Below, piece by piece: positions 49,201 to 62,617 of a DNA stretch of 64,000 nt. The first letter of the stretch is position 1. Each line of letters opens with the position of its first letter. The position numbers and the translations under genes were made by a program. This stretch comes from Camelus ferus (taxonomy: Eukaryota). The notes under the pieces were generated by a model, which was not told the origin of the DNA, ran no database searches, and saw only the letters and a list, made by a program, of their open reading frames with translations. The DNA is taken from assembly GCF_009834535.1 (NCBI RefSeq), contig NC_045698.1, positions 5,024,001 to 5,088,000 of the forward strand, given 5' to 3'.

Positions 49201-49998
49201 TGTTAAGAAATATCAAAACATGAAACAAAGTAAATAGAAGAGATGATAGCATGTCTTGAATTTTGACTTCCTATTTAATCAATATGGAAAAATATTTTCT
49301 TATGATGGAAGATTTTGACGATGGTACCAGGCACGATGAGCAAAATTAACTTGACCTTTGGCATCAGAAAACTTGGAACTAATGAGACCGGACTTGAAGT
49401 TCTAAATCTTATGATGTCACTTCATTTTCTGGGCTGGCTCTTACTACTAAATGCAGGAAAACCTCTCAGAATTAAATCCTCTCTCATTTATCATGTCCAA
49501 AATCAGCCAGCTTGTCTCAAAATTTGCCTGTCGTTGCTAGGAAAGGTTGACATCAATTTTTTTAGTTTGTCAAAATACCAGCTGGCTCCAGCCAGATTTG
49601 CTTTGGCTAAAATTTATGATTAGAAATGGTCAATATTTCAACTGGAATAGAAAAATTTCATCCCTGTACATTTTGAAGAGTCAAATATTGCAGTGAAATA
49701 GTTTTTTCTTTTGTTTGTGTTTTTGTTTTTGCTTTTGTTTTTGCTTTTTTGGTCTGTTTTTTGAGATTGGTACTAAAATCCATATGAATATATACTTTTA
49801 TTAAGTATATATAATATTTTGACAGAACATAGTCTGCCTTCTCACTTTTACTGTGATTTGGTGTGCTAGATTTGTAAAACAATAACCGTAAGTACTTTTC
49901 ATGACAAATCAATTGTCCAGCATCAGGTGCTTTTTCTTGGAGCAGCTGTATCAGAGTGTTTCATTTTTCTGTACGTGGAAAAAGATTCTTAATTTTTC

Positions 49999-50036
49999 TA
50001 AAACAAACAAACAAACAAATAAGCAAACAAATAAAC
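49999..50036. repeat. (AAAC)n-like simple repeat
   Basis: aaaacaaacaaacaaacaaataagcaaacaaataaac. Confidence 0.85.
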
Positions 50037-50564
50037 CCAATCATTGTGGAGGGAAATTGGCTTTATTATTCCAAACACTATTTCAGTGCCCCCAGTGGGT
50101 GGAAGGATCAATGGGGAGAAGTCAATCCTTCACCCATCTCTTGAGGGGTGGGAGGCTGGAGAGGCAGATGCATATGCCTGACATCTTGAAAGAGCAGGGA
50201 GTACTCTCTGTGTACTTTTTCTAGTCCCATAATTCTGGAGGTGGAGGAGGACAGTGCTTGCTCTCAGGAACTGGAGCAGAGGTAGCTAAAAGATCTGTCT
50301 TTCTGCAAATTTCTGTACATGCAGGAGAATCTTACTGGGCAGGCGTTTGTAATTTACAACAAGTATTCAATATGTCATTTTTGTTGTAATTTTACTGTGG
50401 TCCAAACGAAAGACAGTGAAAAACTGTTAACTTTCTGCAGGAAAGTTGGTTGCAATTAAGAGGCCTGGCAAGAAAGGATTTGGAAGCATCCTTTGGATAT
50501 TAAAGTGCATATTTTAAATTTATGCACAGTAGGATACCTTGCCTTGTCCATTTTAAAAAGGCAG

Positions 50565-50770
50565 AATGTAATGGTTAAGAGTCTCTGTCTGTGTTGGCAT
50601 TTTGGCTTTGTCCCTTTCTGTCTCTATGATCTTGGGCAACCTGTTTAACCCTCTCTATGCCCCAGTTTTCTTGTCTGTGAAATGGAGTGGTACCTGCCTT
50701 CTAAGGTGATGGTCCAAATCAGTGCACGTGAAGCACTTAGAATAACGCCTGGCCCAGAGTATGCCCTCTG
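50565..50770 (+). mobile_element. MIR
   Basis: gtaatggttaagag...tgatcttgggcaacctgtttaaccctctctatgccccagttttcttgtctgtgaaatgg...gaagcacttagaa. Confidence 0.8.
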
Positions 50771-50849
50771 GGACTGTGGTCATCACTGGGTCTTCTGTAG
50801 TTGCATTTGCACTATTGCTATGAAAGAAGACGTAGTCACCACAGCATTA

Positions 50850-51010
50850 GAGCTGGAAGGGTGCTCATACTACAGAGGGGGACACTGAGCTTCGAAGAGG
50901 TCAGCTCATTTCTTCAAGGCCACACAGTCGCAGAAGTGGGCGTCGGACTTCGCCCGGGTGGACTTTCCTGGCGATCCCTGCAGATCTGAGATTCCCAGCT
51001 CTGGTCCTGG
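50850..51010 (-). mobile_element. MIR fragment
   Basis: acagagggggacactgagcttcgaagagg...caaggccacacag. Confidence 0.6.
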
Positions 51011-52119
51011 CAGGACAGCAGTTTTCTGGTTGAAATTTCCTGCTGAAATGAAAGTCCTCAAGCTTCAGTCTACGGAATGGAGTGACATTTCAATGTTTTT
51101 CTCTTTTAACAGTAACGGACTCTGGGTAGCGAAGCTTCCCCATGATGAGCTCAGTGGGGTGGGCTTCCTCTAGGTCCGTGATGCTGCAGGTTCCCAGGAT
51201 CTTCCCCATTAAGCAGCGGGTCCATCTGTAGCTTCGCTTTTGTTGCCTAGGTCCCTGGCATCGAGACCGTGGCCTGTGAAATCCACTGCTGTTGAGCTGT
51301 GTGTGAAGCTCTCGATTCCCACGGAGGTTTTTTAAATCAGCCGTTCTATTTAAAAGACAGTGACACGGCTACAGCTGACCTGTTACTTTGATAAGGGTGT
51401 TTTGTGGTTGTTACTCACTTTGGTCTCTTTGATCAGGAATGGCTAATGATGGGATAGTCAGAGCTGGGTGTTCGTGCATGGCCCACTGGTACACCAGTCC
51501 TTTCTCTAACTTGATACTGGCCTCAGCACAGTCCTGCCGGACTTCACTCCTTCTTCCTTCGCGATACTTAACAGAGTGCCTCCTGGAGCCAGCGCTGGGG
51601 TGGGCATCCTCCTGGATAGCACTCCACCCTGAAGTGACTCGTCTTGGGCACACTGCCATTGACCCCTCTGCCCTAGGCTGACCTGTCAGCCTAGGCTCCG
51701 ATGAGCCTAGAGCATCTACTTCTGGTCCCTCTAGCTTCGCTGTGTTTGCTCCAGTGCCTCCCCTCACCTGGCACCCCCCCACCCCAGTGCTGCTTCTCCA
51801 AATCCAGACTCTCCTTCTGGAGGCGGCCAGTCCAGCCTGTGCTGCGCATTCCTGTCTGTGTTGCTTGCTGCCTGTGATCCTGCAGAGCTCGTTAATTACA
51901 CGAACTGACTGAACCGCTGCGTTGCTGTTGTCTGATGTTCAGGATGGTTTTGTGAGTTCGTCTCGTCTCCTCAACTAGTGATTAGTTTTTTTCAGGGAGG
52001 GAACTTAGCTCTCCCCATATTTAACACGGCACTAACCTGGTCGCAGGTGCTTAATTAACGTGTGTAATTTAGGGTGTGGATACGTTTCCCTTAGCCGCTG
52101 TCATTCCCCGGCGTGGAGC

Positions 52120-52330
52120 CAACTGGTTGAAAGTACAGAACTTTGTTACTGGACCTGGATCCGGTCTCAGTGTTGCCACTTAGTGTGTGTTCCTGACAGA
52201 TTCATTTTATCTGCTGTGGCCTCAGTTACTTCGTCTGTGAAATAAAATGGAGAACACAGCCAGACGCAGGGAGCTCTGTGGGGGATGAAGTAAAGCGGAT
52301 CATGTGAACACCGAGCACAGAGTGGGGCAA
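52120..52330 (+). mobile_element. MIR fragment
   Basis: gccacttagtgtgtg...gcctcagttacttcgtctgtgaaat. Confidence 0.55.
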
Positions 52331-54271
52331 GTACCTAACCCCAACCAACGTGGATCACTTCTGTTATTCTGTTTGCACCACACAGGGTCCCCTTGTCAAG
52401 GTCTCCTTTTGATGTATTTCAGGCTGACAACTGAATGAGTTCTAGAATTTTAAAATCTGGGTAGGAAAGAACAGGGGGTGCGTTTCTGTTTACGTGATAA
52501 GTGTGACTGTAGCTTTGAGTTATGTTACAGAGGGAGAAGCATAGATCGTTTGATTAAAGTCATGCTTTGACCTAAGTTTCCCATTCTTTAGCGCTAAAAT
52601 GCTGCCAGATTGGCACTCATATTGACCTTCATAATTCTGAATTTTACTAGCTTTGGGTAATATTATGTAAAATCAGGAGGAGTAATAAGATGCTATTTAC
52701 CAGATGATTTCGTAATATCAAAGTAGGAAATTGACACACATCTCTGGTTTGCAGCCACTAGGTGCATTTGGGAGGAGAGAAAAGGATTGTTGAGTCAGTC
52801 CTTGTGTTTGAGCCGTTTGACCAAATTATGACTTCACTAATGTTGCGTCAGTGTCCTCTTTGTATAAGGATGTGGTAAAAATCCCAAGGAAGGAAACAGA
52901 GGAGAGGTTTAGAGGAAGACTTCATTAGCTCAGTTAATCGCCGGCAATGTGACAGGTGATCACTTTTGCTCCCTCTTTCACTTGGGCTTACACTTCCATC
53001 CCCAGAAGCCAGCCTCAGGTGAGAGAGAGTGGTGGACAGAGTAGCACGAGGCTCAGCCTGCAAAACCACGTGAGCAGTTTTGCCATCTAGTTTTCTGACT
53101 CTGCGCAGAGCTCCAGAACAACAGCACCGAGACAGAACCAGGGTAGAGACCTGGGTCACGGCTGTTAGGGGTGCATAAGGCCAGTTGTATCTCAGCGTCG
53201 AACCAAGTCACTTTTTGAAAACTTGGTGCTTGAAATGGAGTCTCAATTATTAGCTCAGTTAAAATCTGTTGAATGAATAATTTATCGCAATTGAAACATA
53301 CACACAGAAAGTACAATAGTTTTTTTGTAGAACATTGAAATTCCTGAGATTTCTCGAGATGGTTATGGTTGTCCGAGAGAATCCTATCTCTAGCGTTACC
53401 ACCCTACAGAAAGTTCCTGGTGTGGAAGAGGCTGGATCAGCACTATGGTGATGGGACCACTGACTGCAAGGTTTTGAAATTAGAACCTCGATCCATTTCC
53501 ACCAGTGTCCTTTCCCATCCCTCAGCCATAGTGATGTTGGAGTATCACAGCCAGGACAAGCCAGAGCTCACAGGAGCTGGCTTTCGTTCCTACATGTTTA
53601 CCCCAAAGGCCGAATTATTGTGTGTATTTTAAATATACTGTATTATTTTTTAAGCTATATAAAAATGGGAAAACAAGATTTCAAGCTACTAGTGATCTGT
53701 GGATATTATAAAGGAAAGCAAAATTCAGACTGGTGCATTACTAGAACCGGTAAGAACTATTTGATGTTAGAAATTAAGAGGATAAAGAGATCAGGTGAAT
53801 TCAAATGAAGGAAGTAATGAGGAAATGTTAACATAGTTCAGACATACGGTCGACCTCATGTCTAATCCTTTCCTCTCATTGACTTGTGGTTAATTCAAAC
53901 ATACAGCATCCATGTCCTTCGGAGTTGAACTTGAGGTGCACAGGATGGGATTTATCATTTGATTAATTTGATGAATCTTTGATTCTTGTGCACAGTCCTC
54001 ATTGATATCTGTTTGTTTTTTTATTTGTTTATACTAAAATAAACACCCATGAACCCAGTCCGATGGAAAACCCTCCCGTTCCCCCACCTACCCTCAGAAG
54101 TACACTTTATTTGTACTTCTTGTTTGTCATTCTCTTGCTTTTCTTTTTGTAAATTTTATCATACATATTCTGTTTATATCATATGATACATATGTGGTAT
54201 GAGGTAGTGATTGAAGTACATATTTTATTATTTTTTTCTTGTGGAGAATCAATTTTTACTGATCCATTTTA

Positions 54272-54583
54272 TTTTATTTTATTTTTTTAATTGAAGTATA
54301 GTCAGTTATAATGTGTCAGTTTCTGGTGTACAGTATAATGTTTCAGTCATACATATATTTGTTTTCATCTTCTTTTTCATTATAGGTTACTGCAAGTTAC
54401 TGAATATAGTTCCGTGTGCTATACAGAAGAAATTTGTTTTTTTTTTTTTATCTGTTTTATATATGGTAGTGAATATTTGCAAAGCTCAAACTTCCTTCCC
54501 ACCCCCTTTCCCCTTGGTAACTATAAGTTTGTTTACTATGTGTGTGAATCTGTTTCTGTTTTGTAGATAGATCTTTTTTCTTT
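54272..54583 (-). mobile_element. L1 3'UTR insertion with 13-bp TSD
   Basis: Same tail family as 1685/3691; TSD ctgatccatttta (54259-54271) / ctggtccatttta (54584-54596). Confidence 0.88.
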
Positions 54584-54694
54584 CTGGTCCATTTTAGTTA
54601 CTTCTTTCCCCACATCTGTTATATTGAAATTCCGCATGAGTGGTTTGTTATGGGTATCTATTCTGCTCTATTGGTTAAGTTTTGTTCTTTTTTT

Positions 54695-54698
<4 letters not shown>

Positions 54699-54732
<34 letters not shown>
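54699..54732. repeat. (AC)17 microsatellite
   Basis: Direct read. Confidence 0.97.
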
Positions 54733-54737
<5 letters not shown>

Positions 54738-56561
54738 GCCATGCACAGAATATAATTACTAAAGCTTTATAATAAGTACTTATATTGGGAAAGGCAAGTA
54801 ACAGTCAACTCTTTAAATTAAGGTTTCTGAGTTATTCTTGACCTTTTGTTCTTCCATATAAACTTTACAAATCAACTTATTTTAACCTCAGTATGAAAAA
54901 ACTCAAGTGGGATTTTGTTGGTGTTACATTGAATCTATTGATTCATTCTTGACAATTAATATTTTGTATTAAGTTTTTCTATCCATGAACATGGGCCATC
55001 TCTCCATTCATTTATGTGCTTCAGTAATGTTTTAAATTTTCTGTGGGCTGTTCTTACTCCTTAACACAAAAAGATATTTTGTATCTTATTATTTACTATA
55101 AATGGTGTTTTAAAAATTATGATTTCTACTATTTTGTTGCTGATGTAAAATAATATAATTGAATTTTGGGTATTATTTTATATTCACACAACTTATTTTC
55201 ATAGCCTTTTTATACTAGTAACTGAAATGCAGATTCTTTCAGGTTTCCTGTATAGACGATCAGATCATTTGCAAATAATGAGAGTTTTATTTTCTTTTTT
55301 CCAATACTAAGACCTTTCATTTCTTTTTCTTATAGTGTTGTGGTGGCTAGGAGCTCTAATATGCTATTGACAGAACTGGTGATTGTGGGTACCTTGCCTT
55401 TTTCCTAATTTTAAATATAATGAATTTTTCATATAGTTTATCAATTTAGTATGGCGTTAGTATTAGCTTTTTATAGATATCCTTCGAGATTCCCTTTTGT
55501 TCTAATTTACAAAAAAGTTTAAATGTGATTGAGTGTTGAGTTTTACCAAATTGAGATAATCGTAGGCTTTTTTGTTGTTTTTTAATGTCAGTGTAATGAA
55601 TAATTTCTATTATTGAACAGTTTTTATATTCCTGAGATAAGTACAGTTTCTATGATTTTATAAAATGTTGGATGCGAAGTACTAACATTTTGTTTAAGAT
55701 TTTTGCAAATACCTTGTTGAAATGAGTTTGGAATATTTCTTTATCAAACTGTCATTTTTCTTTTTCACCAGTTTTGCTGATCTTATAAAATAAGTCAGGG
55801 AGTATGCTTTCATTCTTAGTTTTCTAAAAGTTTTCACTATGTTAGAAAGAGTTGATAGAATTTGCCTGGAAAACCACATGGGCTTGTTGCTTTCTTCGTA
55901 GAGAGATTTTTTAAAATTTTTGCTTCCATATCTTTGATAGTAATGGGATTACAGAGTTTCTAATTTTATTTCTTGAATCAGTTTCAATAAGACTTTTCTA
56001 GGAATTTCTGAATTTCATCCACATTCTCAAGTTTAATGGCAGATATTTGATAATACTATTCTCATTTTTATACTTTACATATACTGTATCTTTGGGTTTT
56101 ATTTATAGTATCATTTTTGGATGCTTTCCTTTTTTCCTTACTTAATCTCCTTAGATGTCTGTTTTGTCTTAACTTTTTCAAGAACCATCCATTGTCTTTT
56201 CTGGTCCTCTCTGTTGCATTTTTGTTTTCTATTTTTTAAAAAATTTGTTCTTTGTTGTCTCCTGTGTCAAATAGAACATATTAGATTATGCTATGGGAAC
56301 AAACAACTCCAAAATCTTAGTAGCTTAACACAATGAGGGTTTATATTTTGTTCAACCTGCACAGTAAATGTGAGTCAGCAGAGGAGCGCTCTCATGTCAG
56401 TCACTCAGAGATTTAGAATGAAGGAAGCTGCATCCCCACAGCATCCTTCCTTCCTCAGTTTTCCAGGGAACATAAGATTGCTTCACACTATCTGGCAGTT
56501 GACATCATCCACGTGGAAGTGACATATCACTTTCATTCATTTTTCATTGACCAGAGTTAAG

Positions 56562-57089
56562 TATTCCAGTTACCTGTTGCTGCACCAAAAACCCCATAAG
56601 TCTTAGTGACTGAAGACATAAGGATCATTTCTTTTCCTCTTGAATCAGCAATTTGGGCAGGATTGGCAGGGGCAGCTCATCCCTGCTCCATGTGTCAGCC
56701 GAGATGGCTTGAAGGCTGAGAGCTGGCATCCTTGCCGGCTTGCTCACTTATGTGTCTGGTGGTCACTGCTGGCTGGTAGCTGAGATTCAGTTGAGACTGT
56801 TGACTGGGACACCTTCACATGGCCTCTCCAAATGGTTACTTGACTTCTTCACAGTATAGTAGCTGGATTCCAAGAATGATCATCCTATGAGAACAAAATG
56901 GTATTGCATGGATGACATTCTTATAATCCTGTCTCTGAAGTCAGATGACATCAGTTCAACCATGGTCACAAAGGTCTGCCCAGGTTCAACTGAAGGGGAC
57001 GTAGAACCTCACTGGAGGAGAGGAATGCTAGTTGCATTTGGAATGGGATGTGTTGTGGGCCCCAGTTGTGGAAAATACAGTTTACCACA
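56562..57089 (-). mobile_element. MLT1F-like solo LTR nested in the provirus LTR
   Basis: gaatcagcaatttgggcagg...gcagctcatccctgctcc...acatggcctctcca...ggaaaatacagtttaccaca. Confidence 0.75.
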
Positions 57090-57135
57090 GTACCTTATTT
57101 AGGCATGCCAAGCTTTCGTATGCCTGGAAGGAGGA

Positions 57136-57640
57136 TGTATCAGTTAGCTTGTTCTGTGTAACAAACTGCCCCCAAATGGAACTGATTGGAGTAACAACCC
57201 TTTTAGTTAGCTTACAGTTCTTGGTTCTTCTGACTTGGCTATTCAGTTGATGTTTGCTGGTCTGTCTCATGTCTGTGTGGTCAGCTGGTGGGTCAGCTGG
57301 TAACTGGATCATCTAAGGTATCCTCATTCTTATGTGTGGCCAGTTGGCAGGCTGTCAGCTGTGGCTGTTGGAAGAGGTGACAGAGTCACATGTCCCCACC
57401 CACTTAGCAGATTAGCCTGAGGTACTTTGCATGTAGGGTTTTAAAGGTCATTGAGGAAGAGGGCAAGAGGGCAAGAAATAACCGAGTATTTTCATGTCTT
57501 TGTATCATGCATCTGTTGTCAGATTGGCCAAAGAGAGTCACATGGCCGGGGCCAGAGTCAGTGTAGGAGAGAGTTACCCGAGGACATGGATGCAGGGAAG
57601 GGGGTTGGTGCAGCCAGCTTGGCTGACCAAACCGTATCGA
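57136..57640 (-). mobile_element. MLT1G/H-like solo LTR nested in the provirus LTR
   Basis: tgtatcagttagc...tgtgtaacaaac...attggccaaagagagtcacatggcc...cagagtcagtgtagga; flanks gagga/gaggt. Confidence 0.75.
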
Positions 57641-58874
57641 GAGGTGAACTAGAATATTTAACAGCTCCAGTTACTACTATAGCCTACCTCCCTGGTCACC
57701 AAATATTTAGTCAACTCTTTCCTTAAGCAAATACATATATCCTTTCTCAGGAGAGACAATCCAAAAGTCCCATCCACGACTGGCAGAAAGTTCACAGTCT
57801 AGGATCTCTGAATGAAGGGCACTCGTTTGTTCAAAGGAAATGCTGAGCCGTTGTTTCATGTAAAGTCTGAATGTGGTTTCTCTTGATCTGGAGACCTGTG
57901 CACTAAAAAGGCTTGTTATCAACCATCCACTCAGCCACCCAATATACAGAGGATAACCACACACAGCTCTCCCACTATGCCAAGGTAGGAATGGCCCACG
58001 TTGTCTCTGGTTCACAGCAGTTATAAATCCCCCGGGGTGGACAGTCTGAGGGTCCCTGGCCCTGAGATGGGGATTGCTTCTTCACCAGACCCAGACTCTT
58101 GTCCCAGGAGCAGTCCCCTTGTCTGTTACTTTCTGTGACATCTGAGCCCTACGTTTGGATGATTCTTCCTTATTGGACATCCTTTAGACCACATCTGGAT
58201 TGAGTGCTGGGGTGTATTTCCTTATAGGGGACTGAGCAGTTTTCTCAACCTATTTTCCTGCCATAGATAGAGAACTTCAAATTAAGTCTAGAACAGCCGA
58301 AGTTCAGGTTGGCATTTCTTTTAGAAACACAAATCTTTCAAAACTTCTTTGATTTCTCCTCTGTTTGATTTTAGTCATCTCCAGGTGTCAACGGTCATGA
58401 TCGTAGTTCTTCTCAAGATGTACTTCTTTGATTTGCTGTGTTTCTCTGCCTTCTCACCCCATCTCTCTCCTTCTCTGTCTCTCAGTCTGTGTGTGCTTTG
58501 AGCTTATTTGGGAAACCCTCTTTCTGGTTCTCTTTTCCCTGCGCGCTTTGTTCAGCTGAAAGAATTCACTGGCACCATACTCTGTTGGGCTTCTTTACTC
58601 TGAGGCACCTTAATCCATTTTGTTTTCAATAATAGGTTTGATTTTTTTCCCCTACATGGTTGAGTTTAAATCACTCCAGACCCAGGTTGTGTCACTTACC
58701 CATTGAGACTGAGAAGCATTTTCCTCTTCCAGTTTGACAAACCCATACAATTCTGCTTCCCTGTCCTTCCTCCTTATAACCAATCAGTTACTTTCTGATC
58801 TTGCATTTTTCTTGTCACACCATAACAAGTGCAGTCAGCAAACCCACACTTGTAACCTGGTGTTTGATGGTCTG

Positions 58875-59091
58875 TAGGTGCCCACAGACTCAAGCCTGAG
58901 ACCAAATCTGACCTGCTGCCTATGTTTTCAAATAAAGTTATACTGGAATATAGTTGACCATTCATGTGCATGTGACCTATGTTTGGGTTAAGAGACAGCA
59001 GCAGAGTTAACAGTGTGACAGAGACCATGTGGCCAGTGAAGCCTGAAATATTTCTGATCTGGCTCTTCCGAGAGAAGTTTGCTGAGCCCTG
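58875..59091 (+). mobile_element. MER58A-like hAT-Charlie MITE
   Basis: ccaaatctgacctgctgcct...aataaagttatactggaa...gacagagaccatgtggcc...aagtttgctgagccctg. Confidence 0.85.
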
Positions 59092-59769
59092 CTCTAAACT
59101 TGCAGTTCTATTAGGGCATCTTTTGCCTTCCAAGACAAGAAGATATTTTGACCAAATGTTGGACCATTGCGTGACTTGGGTGGCCTTTTTTCAGTCTCTG
59201 ATAATAGTTTGCTTGCTGCACCTGCCACCGAGCAGCCATCAACGCCATGAATTTCAGGTTTTGTTAGGGCAGCGCAGGTACCAATTTTTATATCAGTGAG
59301 AGTGTTATAGGTTGTGATGGGTTAATAAACAACCCTCAAATTTGGCTCCCACACCAGAGGTTTATTTCTTGCGTACACGTCCTGGCCAGAGCAGACCAGG
59401 AGGGAGGTTCTGCTCATCTCAGTTACTTGGAGAGCTGGACTGTAGGAGGACCCCTCATGACACGTGCTTTTGTAATCATTGTACCACAGAATGAAACTGC
59501 CCCGTGGCCTCACACTGGCATTTACATGCCTCTGCCCAGGGGAGAAACATTTTACTTCTGTTCACATTTTATCGGCCAAAGCATGGCTCCTTGTAACTTC
59601 AAAGGAGGTCAGGAAATGCTCCTGGAAGGAACCCAGAAGAAGGAAATTAGAGATATTTTGGAAAGTCCCTGACCACCCCACCTTCTTTCTGCTTTCTTTG
59701 GGTTTCTTTAGTTCTTTTGATAATTTCTGAAGTGGGATCCTGAATTTATGAGTTTTCAGCCTCCTTTTG

Positions 59770-60300
59770 TAATATCCAGCTTGGCACCAGCAGGGAGCAT
59801 TGCGATCTGCAGAGGAGTTGCTAGCCAGCTGGGGCTTTCAGGGACATCCAAGGAGCAGAGCATGTGCACCTGTGGAAGAGCCTGTTCAGGAAGTTCCTGA
59901 GAGGCTGTGGCCTTTGTGGGGCATCACAGGGAGATACATAGCGGGGAGCTGGTCCTGGCTGCTAGGTCAGAGTGCTGTGTGTGGAGCAGCGGGGAGCCAG
60001 GGCGGGCTGGGTCTTTCCAGGTGCCTCCAGGTGTGTCTCAACCACATGCAAGCCCGCAGACAGCCCTTCCTGAGGGCTGCTGGGTTTCCACCTCCCAAAT
60101 CCTAGGCAAGCACCTGGGGGGGCCAGCTCTCACCTGGGAGTATTCAGAGAAGGGGATCCTGGTGAGGACCTGCCCCCCTTTCACTCCCCAATTCTGGCAC
60201 AAATTCCTCTTCTATTCAACTCTAACCAAGAGCCGGAGAGGGAAAGGGGTTCTAAGAAAGTGACTCCCAGTGAAACCAAATTGACAAGAGAACAATTCAG
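59770..60300 (-). mobile_element. ERVL LTR remnant (LTR33-like)
   Basis: gggaaaggggttctaagaaagtgactcccag...aattgaca resembles an LTR33 terminus; the rest is degenerate. Confidence 0.45.
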
Positions 60301-60384
60301 CTCAACTAGTGAAAAGCCCAGGTTCCCTCTGGGCATCACTTTTACTGTACAACACAAGTGTGCTCATGGGAAGGCTTCCAGACT

Positions 60385-60925
60385 TTCTCAGAATTACTTT
60401 GCATTTTACATTGAGATCTGTGATGCATTTTGAGTTGATTTTTGTGAACGATGTTAAGTATGCATCTAGGTTCATATTTTGCATGTGGATATCTGTGTCT
60501 TTGTTCTGTCCTTTCTGCATGGAGTTGTCTTTGCTCCTTTGTCAAGTAGCAGCTGACTCCAGTAGCGGGGGTCTGTGCATCCCACTGATCTGTTTGTCTC
60601 TGCCCCTGTAACCCCGCCCCACCTTGACAACTGGAGCTTTGCACTGAGTCTTGAAGTCGGGTAGTGTCGGCCCTGCAACTCGGTTCTTCCCCTTCATTGT
60701 GTTGGCTGTTCTGGGACTTCTGCCTCTGCACGTAAGCTTCAGAATCAGTGTGTTGGTATCTATAAAATTAACTTGCTGTGATTTCAACTGGGACTGCATC
60801 GACTCTATAGATTAATTGAAAGAGAACTGACATCTTGACAATATTGTCTTCCTGTTTATGTACATGGGCTATCTCTCCATTAATTGAGATCATCTTGGAT
60901 TTATTTCATCAGGGTTTTATAGAAT
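60385..60925 (-). mobile_element. L1 ORF2 internal fragment
   Basis: Frameshifted peptides LILKLTCRGRSPRTANTMKGKNRVAGPTLPDFKT and NLDAYLTSFTKINSKCITDLNVK match L1 ORF2. Confidence 0.92.
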
Positions 60926-61791
60926 ATTTTATTTAGGATTTTTTTATTCCTTTCGCACCTTATGGTAAAATGGAGTATGCCCATATATGTGGAAATGAAT
61001 AAAAAATACATTTTCTATTATGTATCACGTACACACACTAGCACAAATGAATTAAAATACGTGTCTGTACATATACATCTACAGTCAAATGTATCAGCTA
61101 AAGGCTGATTTCTTTTTGCCCAGTGACAACCCTTCAAAAGAATTTGTGGTGATAAAGTATATAATTGTTTAGAATTCAAAGTAGACGTCATTTCAATGAA
61201 TAGTCAGGCTAGACTTGGTGGAAAAGTAATGAGATTTAAGGAAAGAGGGAGCGATGGTCATCACGATAATCATGTCTGTCATTTATGCTGTGCCGGGATG
61301 CTCTCAGCCCCACCAGCCACACGGCGTCTGTGCTGCTGCTGATGTGAGGAAACGGGCTTAGGGGGGCCCAGGGCTCACCCCGAGTCACAGCACGTGATGG
61401 AAATGGATTTCTGCCTTCAATCTGTCGGACTTCAAAGCACTTCACTAAAATACTCTTTTTATAGAAAAGAAGTTGTTTTTTTTTTTTTTTTTTTGCATTA
61501 GTCTGTCCTTTACCATCTAAAAGAAAAATAGTACTGTTTAACAAAAAATGGCAAATGCACGTGGAAAAGAATGAAAGTAGAGATAATCTCTGGCTCTGGG
61601 AAAAGCCTACAAGAAACAAAGCAGTTGTCACAGAATAAATAAAAGCGATGGGTGTTTAATAGGCCTGGCAATTAGAAGCCATCGCAAATTACTTGAAAAT
61701 GCATTGACAAGGAGAGGATGAAGCATTCCGGGGGGGGGGGCAGGAAGCCATTATCATTACAGTGATAATGCTCTGCTCCTGAGCTCCGCTT

Positions 61792-61941
61792 TAAAGGCAT
61801 TTTGGTACATTTTATTTAGTTTGCATTGTATGGTAATTCTTTAAACCTTTTAAAAGATGTGTTTTAAGGGCATTTTAGTACATTTTAGTACTAATAAAGG
61901 CATTTTAGTACATTTCAATTAGTTTGCTTAATATGGTAATT
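61792..61941. repeat. Local 47-bp duplication plus (CATTTTAGTA) sub-repeats
   Basis: 61792-61838 vs 61895-61941, 41/47 identical. Confidence 0.85.
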
Positions 61942-62617
61942 TTTTCCCTCCCATGAAGGGAGGAGGGGTTGGGATACATAAACATTTAATTTAGGTTGAT
62001 GATGTTTCACTGTTTTAGTTCACTTTATTTTCAGCTACTCTACTTGCTTGAAACCCATCTAGCTCCTGAGACAGCAGCCCCACGGGGTGAGCCGTTGTGG
62101 CTTCATTCAACTTCCTGTCCACTGGGACCGGAGTGATGGAGGAGGAGACCTTGTAATTCAAGGGCTGAGGGCCTTCTGCTGTTTCAGTTACTGAGCCTTA
62201 AGAAAAACACATGATGCAGACACGGGGCTAGGAAAGAATGCAGTTTATAAGCTTATACAATCTTTAATGAATACTCTACTGTTTTTTCCTTGACACCCTT
62301 ATAAAAGATTCTGTGTAGTGGAGGCATCCATATGAAAAGCTGTTGGGAGTTAGGAGTTCAAAAGGCAGAGGCAGAATAAATGATTGGCTGTTCTTTTTCT
62401 AGAAGAGCCCCCAGTTCTTCCGGGGGCTCAGGCTTTGCAGTGGTCAGGGCTACTAGCCTCATGAGCCGTGGCTGGCTGTCTTCAGCTGTTGGCCACCTGG
62501 GAACCTGGCCCCTCCACCCAGGTGGGGAGACATGCTTGAAGCTGGAGGTTGTCCTCTGGTGTGTGGGCTGGACCTGGGGTTGTCCCATCCGGTGAGCAGG
62601 CCAGGACGCCAGCCCCC

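Larger units (their letters stand above)
54020..56262 (-). mobile_element. Old degenerate L1, with nested younger L1 tail and (AC)17
   Basis: ORF2-type antisense motifs (ttccatataaacttt, ttgaatctatt, atccatgaacatggg, tcatttgcaaataatg). Confidence 0.8.
56263..59680 (-). mobile_element. Two-LTR MaLR provirus (MLT1I/J-like LTRs + MLT1 internal) with nested insertions
   Basis: Similar LTR sequence at 56263-57680 (interrupted) and 59289-59680. Internal junction motifs cctggtcaccaaatatttag (57690) and ggtaccaatttt (59277). Confidence 0.7.

Noticed and set aside
50565..51010. Inverted MIR pair as an intronic dsRNA/editing substrate
   Set aside because: The copies are too diverged from each other to form a long duplex.
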